Origin: an uncultured Chloroflexia bacterium
Lineage (GTDB): Bacteria > Chloroflexota > Limnocylindria > Limnocylindrales > CSP1-4
NCBI GenBank assembly: GCA_963764785.1
Contig: CAVXTU010000001.1
Location: forward strand, 1,045,754-1,109,753
DNA length: 64,000 nucleotides
Direction: 5' to 3'
A model generated the notes under the pieces. It saw only the letters and a list, made by a program, of their open reading frames with translations. It was not told where the DNA came from and made no database searches. Below, one piece after another: positions 1 to 7,904 of the stretch. The number at the start of each line of letters is the position of its first letter. The stretch's first letter is position 1. Made by a program: the position numbers and the translations under genes.

Positions 1-1
1 A

Positions 2-820
2 GACGCTGTCGGCTTCGCCGGATTCGAGTCGCAGCACTTGGGTGTTCTCATCCACGCCCAGGTCGACATGGATCTCATCGAGGTAGGGCAGGTCTGGATC
101 CACGTAGCCAGGATTGCGGGCGATGGTGATGTCCGAGCCCTTGTTCCATTCCTGAACGAAGAATGGCCCGGCACCCACGGGGCGGTTCGCGAAGTCCTCG
201 CCACGCTCCTCGACGGCCTCCTCCGGCACTGGCCAGCTGGTGGCGATGGTCAGGCCCAGCACGAATGTGGACGTGGGCGACTCCAGCGTGATCTCCAGTG
301 TGTGGTCATCGATGACCTTGATGCCTTCGACCGAGTCAGCCTCACCAGCGTTGAACGCCGATGCGCCCTTGATGGGGAAGAGATAGCCACTGCCCCAGGA
401 AGGGGCGGGTGCCCCCACCGGCTCCGGATCGAGGGCGCGCGTCAGGCCATAGGCGACATCTTTGGCAGTGACCTCGCGCGGTTCGAAATCGGGGCCGGCG
501 AACATGGCTCCGGGCTTGAGTGTGAAGGTATAGACCAGCCCATCATCGGATACCTGTGGTGGGCCATCGGCGAGGCCGTCCTCGAGCTCGCCGTCCGGGT
601 CGAAGTGATACAGGCCTTCATAGAGTGCCCCGGCGACCATGTTGTAATCGAGGTCGAGGGCCTGACTGTTGTCGAGGCTGGTGAGGTCATTGAGCGCCAT
701 CAACTCGAGCCGGCCCCCCGACTCGGGTCCGGCCTCCTGCGCCAGGGCGACCAGCCCAGCCGAGGCCATGGCAGCGGCCAGCGCAAGAGCCAGCATCAGA
801 GTACCGATCACCTTCTTCAC
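2..820 (-). CDS. ABC transporter substrate-binding protein, family 5 (peptide/nickel type); 3' end runs off the window
   Basis: Not in the ORF track (no stop in window). Read manually: AGGAGG, then GTG at 820, giving MKKVIGTLMLALALAAAMASAGLVALAQE (signal peptide), then LTSLD...LYEGLYHFDPDGEL..GLA...VSDDGLVYTFTLKPG...VTAKDVAYG, the typical SBP_bac_5 pattern. Confidence 0.85.
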   Translation of the reverse strand, partial: MKKVIGTLMLALALAAAMASAGLVALAQEAGPESGGRLELMALNDLTSLDNSQALDLDYNMVAGALYEGLYHFDPDGELEDGLADGPPQVSDDGLVYTFTLKPGAMFAGPDFEPREVTAKDVAYGLTRALDPEPVGAPAPSWGSGYLFPIKGASAFNAGEADSVEGIKVIDDHTLEITLESPTSTFVLGLTIATSWPVPEEAVEERGEDFANRPVGAGPFFVQEWNKGSDITIARNPGYVDPDLPYLDEIHVDLGVDENTQVLRLESGEADSV

Positions 821-923
821 GGACGAACCTCCTAAGGGTGGCGAGAGACACTCGAGTCTACGGTCGTGGAGTCCCGGCTCGCAAGGCAACCGTACCGCGC
901 ACCGTCCTCGTATGCTGTGGGGC

Positions 924-1748
924 ATGGACACGCGAGAGGCGGCCGACCGCGCTGCTGAAGTGATCTGGCAACGAGCCGGTCGAAAGCCGACCATCGCGGT
1001 CATCTGCGGGACCGGATTCGCACCCTGCACCGATGTCCTGGAGGATCGCGTCAGCATCCGCTTCGACCAGCTGGGACTCCGGCCGAGTGCCATCCCGGAC
1101 CATGTCAATGAGGTCGATGTCGGGGAGCTGGCGGGCATCACTGTGGCGGCGGTCAAGGCCAAGGTGCTGCCCTGCGACGGTGCCACCTGGCAGGAAAGCG
1201 GGATGGCGGCTCGATCGCTGGCGCGCGCCGGTTGTGGGACGCTCCTGTACTCCGCCAACTCAGGCTCCATGCGGGACGACGTTGCTCCGGGGTCGTTCCT
1301 CGCTTTCACCGATCACATCAATTTCAGCGGCATCAACCCGCTCGCCACCGAGCGTCAGGGTGAGGGTTGGGATACGCCCTACCTGTCGATGGCCGAGTTG
1401 TATGACGCGGAGCTGACACGGGAGGTGTGTGGCGCAGTGGAAGCCGCGGGTGTGGCCTTTCCGACCGGTGTGGCCGGCTACTGGATGGGCCCCAGCTTCG
1501 AGACTCCCGCCGAGATCCGCCTCGCCCAGCTGGCCGGCTGCTCCATCAGCTCCAATTCATTCCTGCCAGAGGTCATGGCCGGGTATCACGCCGGGATGAA
1601 GATCATGGCATTCACGTTCGTCTCCACGATGTCGGCCGGCATCGGTCCGCCCATCGACCTTGGCCCAGTGCTGGACCTGACGCGCCAGGCTCACGATGAC
1701 TTTCGCCGCATCCTCCGTGCGGCGATCCCGGTCCTCGGGTCAGCTTGA
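924..1748 (+). CDS. Purine-nucleoside phosphorylase family protein (divergent active site)
   Basis: IAVICGTG, DHINFSGINPL, YDAEL and GPSFETPAEIR motifs. Start set at ATG 924, 7 nt after TATGCT. Confidence 0.85.
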   Translation: MDTREAADRAAEVIWQRAGRKPTIAVICGTGFAPCTDVLEDRVSIRFDQLGLRPSAIPDHVNEVDVGELAGITVAAVKAKVLPCDGATWQESGMAARSLARAGCGTLLYSANSGSMRDDVAPGSFLAFTDHINFSGINPLATERQGEGWDTPYLSMAELYDAELTREVCGAVEAAGVAFPTGVAGYWMGPSFETPAEIRLAQLAGCSISSNSFLPEVMAGYHAGMKIMAFTFVSTMSAGIGPPIDLGPVLDLTRQAHDDFRRILRAAIPVLGSA

Positions 1749-1766
1749 TCGGCCGGTCCCGTACCG

Positions 1767-3068
1767 CTATGCCTCGGACACGGGTGCCGTTGGCTCGATC
1801 GGGTCAGATGGCGCCCCCTCCCGTCGCGCCAGGAACACGAAGGGCAGGGCCAACGCGTTGATCCCGGCTGAAACGAGATAGGACGCCGCGTAGCCGGATA
1901 CATCGGCCACGCGACCCAGCGCCGGTTGCGCGATGGCGCCGCCGACGGAGCCCATCAGTGAATCGAAGGACAGGACGGTGGCCCGCTGCTGCGAGGGGAT
2001 GAGGCCGTTGAGGAAGGCCTGGCGGATGGGTCTGCTGATGGCGAACACGAGGGCCCACACCACCAGCAGTCCGATAGCCAGGTAGAAGGCGCTGATCCCG
2101 AGGCTCGCCTGGTTGAAGCCGACGACCGCGAGGAGCGCGAGGACCACCGACTCGATCAGGATCGCCAGGAAGATAGCGTCGGTGCGCAGGTTGAAGAAGC
2201 GTCGAGCGATGGGCACGGACAATCCACCCACGATCTGGGCCCCGGCCACGATGGCAGCCGCCAGTCCGGCGACGCTGTAGGCAGTAGGGTCGCCGAACAG
2301 CTCGAGCAGGTAGGGCTGCATGGCGTAGAAGGCGTAGAAACCCACCCCTCCGGTGAATGGCGCTGCCAGCATCATCCAGCGCACCGGTCGATTGCGCAGC
2401 CCGCCGTCGATCGAGCCCCGGGCCACCTCCCGCACCGCCGTCGCGGTGCTCACGCCGGTCTTGCGAGTGAACCCGAGGTCACGCATGAAGAGGAAGGCCG
2501 CGACGAGTGCGACCCCGAGGATGGCCGCGCGAAGCACATAGGGCACTCCCAGGTTGGTCGTCTGCGCCACCACGCCACCGGCGACCGAGCCCGTCAGCAT
2601 GGCTGCTCCCGCGATGGTCTGGCCGCGACCAAAGACCGTCTCGAGATTGCCCGTGAAGCCAGTCGCACCAAGTGCGTCGACAAGCCACGCTTCGGTGGCG
2701 CCACTGAAGAACGTGAAGCCCAGGCCGAGCAGGATCGATGCCAGGGCCCAGCCGACGAAGGGGGCCTCGACCTGCCACATCAGCAGGTACAGCAGGGTGG
2801 ATGCCAGGAGCGTGGCCGCGCCAAGCATGAACGAGAAGCGTCGTCCTCGTGTGTCTGCCACCACGCCGGTCGGGACCTCGAAGATGACCATGCCGATCGA
2901 AAAGAAGGCGTTGGCCGCGAAGGCCTCGGTGTTGTTGAGGCCGGCATCGAGCAGGAACAGTGTGTTGATGCCCCAGATGAACGAGGCCGCGAGCGTCGTC
3001 AGGAGCGTCAGCAGGAAATAGACGCGCTGGACGTGTGAGGCCGTCGTGGTCATGGGGGTCAGGGTCAT
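1767..3068 (-). CDS. MFS transporter
   Basis: About 12 hydrophobic segments; FEVPTGVVADTRGRR (MFS motif A); IPSQQRATVLS. Confidence 0.9.
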   Translation of the reverse strand: MTLTPMTTTASHVQRVYFLLTLLTTLAASFIWGINTLFLLDAGLNNTEAFAANAFFSIGMVIFEVPTGVVADTRGRRFSFMLGAATLLASTLLYLLMWQVEAPFVGWALASILLGLGFTFFSGATEAWLVDALGATGFTGNLETVFGRGQTIAGAAMLTGSVAGGVVAQTTNLGVPYVLRAAILGVALVAAFLFMRDLGFTRKTGVSTATAVREVARGSIDGGLRNRPVRWMMLAAPFTGGVGFYAFYAMQPYLLELFGDPTAYSVAGLAAAIVAGAQIVGGLSVPIARRFFNLRTDAIFLAILIESVVLALLAVVGFNQASLGISAFYLAIGLLVVWALVFAISRPIRQAFLNGLIPSQQRATVLSFDSLMGSVGGAIAQPALGRVADVSGYAASYLVSAGINALALPFVFLARREGAPSDPIEPTAPVSEA

Positions 3069-3122
3069 GGGCTGGTCCACGGTACACGCTCACGACGAGT
3101 GCGTAGCGCCTACGCTTGCGGC

Positions 3123-4508
3123 ATGACTGATGTTGACACCGTCATCGCCACGCTGGGACTCGAGCCGCATCCCGAGGGTGGCTACTACGTTGAGACGTGG
3201 CGGTCTGCCGACGAGTCCGGGGGTCGTCCGGCTGGCAGTGCCATCTACTACCTCCTTCGACCTGGCGAGAACTCACGATGGCACCGGATCGACGCCGCTG
3301 AGACCTGGCACTACTACGCGGGTGAGCCGCTCGCCCTGTCGATCGCGGCTGCCGCGGGCGACCTCGCCCCGGCGCGCCACGTCCTGGGTCCCGATCTCCA
3401 GGCGGGACAGCGGCCCCAGGTCACCGTACCCGCCGGCGACTGGCAGTCAGCCAACACGCTGGGTGGCTGGAGCCTGGTGGGCTGCACGGTCTCCCCGGCC
3501 TTCCGGTTCGAGGGCTTCGAGCTGGCGGCACCGGACTGGGAGCCTGGGGCGAGGGTGATCCGCATCATCGGGGCGAACCCGGCCATGGACCGGGTCTCGA
3601 CCTGGCCCCCGATCCGTCTCGATGAGGTCAATCGTGCCGTCGACGTGACGGTGGTGCCCGGCGGGAAGGGCTTCAACGTCGCCCGGGCGGCGATCCGGTT
3701 GGGCACCGATGTGACTGCCTACGGCTTCCTGGGAGGACACGTGGGTGACGCCTTGCGCGAGATGATCGCTACCGACGGCATCATCGACCGTCACACCGAG
3801 ATCGCGGCCGGCACCCGCGTCTGCTTCATCGTCGTGGAACCGCAAGCCGGGCGCACCACGGTGCTCAATGAGCCTGGTCCGATGGTGACACGGCCTGAGA
3901 CCGATCGATTCCTGGCCGTGCTGCGACAGGACTGCACGCCTGATGATCTGGTGGTGTTGTCGGGAAGCCTGCCAGACAGCGTCGACGCCGGCATCGCCGG
4001 GAAGATCCTGGATATCGGCAACGCCGCGGGCGCCCGAACGGTCGTGGACATCCATAGCGAGCCACTGGCCATCGCCGTCGAGCATCAGCCATGGCTGCTC
4101 AAATGCAATCGCGGTGAGCTGCTCAAGCTCCTTGAGTCGCCCGGTCTCGACGCCGCCCCATCGGCACCGCTGCTGGCTCGTGAGATGCAGCGGCTGCGTC
4201 GTCGCGGCATCGCGGTGGTGGTAGTCACGTTGGGAGCAGCTGGCGCGCTCGTGGCAGATGTGGATGGCGTGGTTCATGCACGCGTGCCGTCGGTGGACGC
4301 GATCAATGCCACGGGCTCGGGCGATGTGCTGCTCGCCGGGTTGACGGTGGGTGTCGAACGCGGACTGACGCCGCGCGAGGCGATCGTGCTTGGTGCGGCC
4401 TGCGGCACCGCAGCTGCAACGCACCTGCGACCGGAGCTGCCGCCGGCCTTCGTTCAGGCTGACTGGACCTCGCGTATCACGCTGGAGACGGTGGAACCCG
4501 CGCCGTGA
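3123..4508 (+). CDS. Cupin_5 (DUF985) domain in frame with a 1-phosphofructokinase-family PfkB kinase (possibly two genes)
   Basis: N-terminal LGLEPHPEGGYY..SAIYYLL..WH..LVGCTVSPAFRFEGFEL. From GTG 3555: ANPAMD, PGGKGFNVARA, LSGSLP, NATGSGD. Confidence 0.85.
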   Translation: MTDVDTVIATLGLEPHPEGGYYVETWRSADESGGRPAGSAIYYLLRPGENSRWHRIDAAETWHYYAGEPLALSIAAAAGDLAPARHVLGPDLQAGQRPQVTVPAGDWQSANTLGGWSLVGCTVSPAFRFEGFELAAPDWEPGARVIRIIGANPAMDRVSTWPPIRLDEVNRAVDVTVVPGGKGFNVARAAIRLGTDVTAYGFLGGHVGDALREMIATDGIIDRHTEIAAGTRVCFIVVEPQAGRTTVLNEPGPMVTRPETDRFLAVLRQDCTPDDLVVLSGSLPDSVDAGIAGKILDIGNAAGARTVVDIHSEPLAIAVEHQPWLLKCNRGELLKLLESPGLDAAPSAPLLAREMQRLRRRGIAVVVVTLGAAGALVADVDGVVHARVPSVDAINATGSGDVLLAGLTVGVERGLTPREAIVLGAACGTAAATHLRPELPPAFVQADWTSRITLETVEPAP

Positions 4509-5848
4509 TCTCCCTGGGTATCGATGTCGGCACGACCCGCACCAAGGTCCTCGCCGTTGACATCGAGCGCGGTACCACCCTGGGGCTGGCTGCAGCGTCG
4601 ACACCCACGGTTCGGGATGTTGACGGCGAGGCCCACCGCCCCGCGGACATCCTCGACACCGTGGCCGTACTCCTCGAACAAGTGGTGGGGGGGCTGGAAA
4701 CGCCGGACCGGGTCCGCGCTATCTGCGTTGCCAGCGTCGGGGAAGAGGTCGTCCTGGTCGATCGCGAACGCCGGCCGGTGGGCGACACGATCGTTTGGCA
4801 TGACCCTCGTGGCACCTCGCAAGCGGCGACGTTCATGCAGGGACCAGGGGGCATGCTGAGGCTCTCGCAACGCTGGCCGCCCGACGCCACGTTCTCACTC
4901 TTCAAGCTGATGTGGATGCAGGAGCATCGCGGTGAGGCGTACGCAGCCGCGAGCTCGTGGACGGACCTCGGTGACTACGTACTGGCCCGCCTGGGCGGTG
5001 ACCTGGTGATGGATTGGTCGCATGCGTCGAGGGCCGGAGCCTTCGACGTCGAAACCCGCACCTGGGACGGTGACAGCATCGACGCGGCCGGAGTCGAGAT
5101 CAGCTTCCCGCGGCTGGTGCCGTCGGGGACTGCCATCGGTACGGTCGAGCGCGATCTTGCGCGCCACATCGGCCTCCCTGATGACGTCGTGCTCGTCGCG
5201 GGTGGCCACGACCACCTGTGTGCGGCCTTCGGTGCTGGCGTGCGGACGACATCCGAGCTGTTCCTGTCGGCCGGCACGTCGGAGGCACATCTGGCCCTCA
5301 TCGATGGACCAGCGGTCAGACAGAACGGTCGCTACCGCATCGACCAGGGCTGCTACGTCGATGGAAGTAGCTACTACGCCCACATCAATATCCACTCGGG
5401 CCATTTCTTCAGGCAGTGGCGTGGACTGCTCTATCCGGAGATCGAGGACGACGAGATGTACGCCGAGATCGAGTCGGCGCCTCCGGATGGCATCACCTTC
5501 GACCTGAGCGACCATTTGCGGCTGGGTCGACTGGACGGAGTGCCCTATTCGGCCGATCGAGCGGGCTTGATGCGCGCCATCCTCGTGGGGCTGGCCGACC
5601 GCTCGGCCGACATCGTCGATCAGCTCGAGCGTGCCGGCGGCCGCCCCTACGACCTCATCCTTGTCGCCGGGCACCCTGTGCGCATCCCGTTCTGGAAGTC
5701 GATACGCATGGCCGCCTATGGGCGACCCATGGCCTCGGTCGATGAGCCCGAATCGACGGCCTTCGGTGCCGCGGTCCTCGCAGCCACGGCGGTTTCGATC
5801 GCGGACCTCAGCCATCTGGTCGCGAGACGGACGAGCTGGTCCGCGTGA
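4505..5848 (+). CDS. FGGY-family carbohydrate kinase
   Basis: LGIDVGTTRTK, WHDPR, SHASR, GGHDH, LSAGTSE and STAFGAA motifs; GTGA overlap with upstream gene. Confidence 0.9.
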   Translation: MISLGIDVGTTRTKVLAVDIERGTTLGLAAASTPTVRDVDGEAHRPADILDTVAVLLEQVVGGLETPDRVRAICVASVGEEVVLVDRERRPVGDTIVWHDPRGTSQAATFMQGPGGMLRLSQRWPPDATFSLFKLMWMQEHRGEAYAAASSWTDLGDYVLARLGGDLVMDWSHASRAGAFDVETRTWDGDSIDAAGVEISFPRLVPSGTAIGTVERDLARHIGLPDDVVLVAGGHDHLCAAFGAGVRTTSELFLSAGTSEAHLALIDGPAVRQNGRYRIDQGCYVDGSSYYAHINIHSGHFFRQWRGLLYPEIEDDEMYAEIESAPPDGITFDLSDHLRLGRLDGVPYSADRAGLMRAILVGLADRSADIVDQLERAGGRPYDLILVAGHPVRIPFWKSIRMAAYGRPMASVDEPESTAFGAAVLAATAVSIADLSHLVARRTSWSA

Positions 5849-5885
5849 GGCGCATCGCCGCCTGTTGCGGTGGCACACTTGGCGG

Positions 5886-6596
5886 ATGGTGGGTTTCAGG
5901 TACGACCCCGAGATCATCGACCGCTTCCCGGCGGTAGTGGGCGGAGTCATCCACGCCACCGGCGTCTCGAATCGCCCTGCTTCGGCAGAGCTCACCGCGG
6001 CGTTCGTGGCGGAGCAGCGCTCGGTCCGCGAGCGCCTGGGGGATCGACCCTTGAGCGAGCTGCCGACGTTGGCTGCGTGGCGTGGCGTGTTCCGCGGTTT
6101 TGGTGTGGACCCCACCAAGTACCGTTCGGCGGCCGAGGCGCTGCTGCGACGACTGACCAAACAGGGAGAGCTTCCGTCGATCAACACCCTCGTCGACCTG
6201 GCCAACCTGGTGAGCATTCGCTACGCCCTTCCAGTCGCTGTCTTCGACCAGCCATCAGCTCACGCCGGCACGCTCGTCCGCTTCGCCCACGGTTCTGAGG
6301 CGTGGACCGACCTGGGGTCGAGCAAGGCCGACCACCCTGACCGTGGAGAGGTGATCTTCATCGACGAGGAAGAGCAGGTCAGTGCCCGCCGCTGGTGCTG
6401 GCGCCAATCCCGGGCCAGTGCGGCGACCGAGCTCACCACCGAGATCCTGGTCACCGTCGAGGGCCATCACGCCGCGGCCGCCGACGATGTCGATCGAGCC
6501 CTCCGCGATCTCCAGTCGCTGCTGGGGTCACACGCCGATCCGTCCTCGGTCCGCAGCGGCATCGTGGATGCCAGCGATCCGAGCTTCTCAAGATGA
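5886..6596 (+). CDS. Stand-alone B3/4 domain protein (PheRS-beta editing-like)
   Basis: AWRGVFRGFGVDPTKYRSAAEALLRR..LPSINTLVDLAN..RRWCWRQ signature. Confidence 0.9.
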   Translation: MVGFRYDPEIIDRFPAVVGGVIHATGVSNRPASAELTAAFVAEQRSVRERLGDRPLSELPTLAAWRGVFRGFGVDPTKYRSAAEALLRRLTKQGELPSINTLVDLANLVSIRYALPVAVFDQPSAHAGTLVRFAHGSEAWTDLGSSKADHPDRGEVIFIDEEEQVSARRWCWRQSRASAATELTTEILVTVEGHHAAAADDVDRALRDLQSLLGSHADPSSVRSGIVDASDPSFSR

Positions 6597-6991
6597 GTGG
6601 CACGGTCACAAGTGTGGTCCGGATATGGAGCGACGCCGAAGGGGGCTCGCACTTCGAGGACATCGAGGTCCATCTTGCGCCGAGGCGATACGCGCCCCCG
6701 GCCGGGCCGATCGACGTCTCGGATCCATTCTCGGCATCCGGCGCCATGTTCTTCTCGATGCCCGGCGGCTGGTTCGGGGACTGGCATCCGACACCGCGCC
6801 GCCAGTTCTGTTTCATCCTGTCGGGCAGCCTGGAGGTCCATGTCACTGACGGCCAGGTCCGCCAATTCGAACCGGGCGCCATCGTCCTCCTCGAGGATGT
6901 CACAGCACTCGGCCACTCCACTCGGGTGATCGGTGACCGACCTTCGACTGGTGTGTTCGTGCATCTGGCGGACGGCGCTACGCTGGCGTGA
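6593..6991 (+). CDS. Cupin domain protein
   Basis: RIWSDAEGGSHFED, WHPTPRRQF, LLEDVTALGH; ATGA overlap. Confidence 0.85.
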   Translation: MSGTVTSVVRIWSDAEGGSHFEDIEVHLAPRRYAPPAGPIDVSDPFSASGAMFFSMPGGWFGDWHPTPRRQFCFILSGSLEVHVTDGQVRQFEPGAIVLLEDVTALGHSTRVIGDRPSTGVFVHLADGATLA

Positions 6992-7827
6992 GATTCGCGA
7001 TCGACCTCCCGAACTACGGCCCCTTCGGGGACCCCACCCTGCTGCTCGAACTCGCTGTCGAGGCCGAGGCCGCCGGCTGGGACGGCTTCTTCCTGTGGGA
7101 CCACCTTGTCCCGCCCGACCGAGCGCCCGCGACCGACCCGTGGGTGGTGATGTCTGGTATCGCTGTACGCACCGATCGGCTCACATTCGGACCCATGGTC
7201 ACGCCACTCGCGCGTCGCCGGATGACCAAGCTCGCCCGGGAGTGCGTTGCGCTTGACCATCTCTCGGGGGGACGTTTCATCCTGGGCGTCGGACTGGGTA
7301 GTAGTGACCACGATGAATTCGCGGCCCTCGGCGATGAAGGCGACCGCAAGCGGCGAGGGCAGATCCTTGACGAGAGCCTGGAGATCCTGACACGACTTTG
7401 GAGTGGTGAACCCTGCTTGTTCGAAGGTGAGTACCTGCGAGTGAGCACGCCAGCCTTCCTGCCGACACCGCTCCAGCGCCCACGGATCCCCGTGTGGGTG
7501 GCAGGATTGTGGCCCAACCGAAAGCCCATGCGGAGAGCCGCGGCCTGGGATGGCGCATTTCCCATCGATCGGAGCGGCGATCTCAGTCAACAGCTTGGCC
7601 TGGCCGACATGGCCGATGCCATCGCCTACGTCGAGCGACATCGGCCAACGCCAGGTCTGTACGACTTCATCCACGCCGGGCTCATGAGCGGGGACCGGGC
7701 GGCAGACGTGGCGCTGGCTCGGGGCTATGCCGAAATCGGCGTCACCTGGTGGCTGGAACACATCTATCCCGGCCGCATGTCCGTGAGGGCCCTTCGAGAG
7801 CTGATCGCTTCGGGCCCACCGCGATAG
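6988..7827 (+). CDS. LLM-class flavin-dependent oxidoreductase
   Basis: GWDGFFLWDH, DPWV, VTPLARRR, LDHLSGGRFILGVGLG, RIPVWVAG. Confidence 0.92.
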   Translation: MRFAIDLPNYGPFGDPTLLLELAVEAEAAGWDGFFLWDHLVPPDRAPATDPWVVMSGIAVRTDRLTFGPMVTPLARRRMTKLARECVALDHLSGGRFILGVGLGSSDHDEFAALGDEGDRKRRGQILDESLEILTRLWSGEPCLFEGEYLRVSTPAFLPTPLQRPRIPVWVAGLWPNRKPMRRAAAWDGAFPIDRSGDLSQQLGLADMADAIAYVERHRPTPGLYDFIHAGLMSGDRAADVALARGYAEIGVTWWLEHIYPGRMSVRALRELIASGPPR

Positions 7828-7904
7828 GTGGCGGCGCACCCGAACGCGTGACTCGGAACCGCACGCACCGGAGCGGCGTCTTACCGGCACACACGCAAAG
7901 AGGT

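Noticed and set aside
38-835. 265-aa plus-strand ORF and other long antisense ORFs (8679..10220, 35680..37395, 43488..45221, 58168..59820 and similar)
   Set aside because: These are shadow ORFs of recognisable genes on the opposite strand, expected at high GC, with no motifs of their own.
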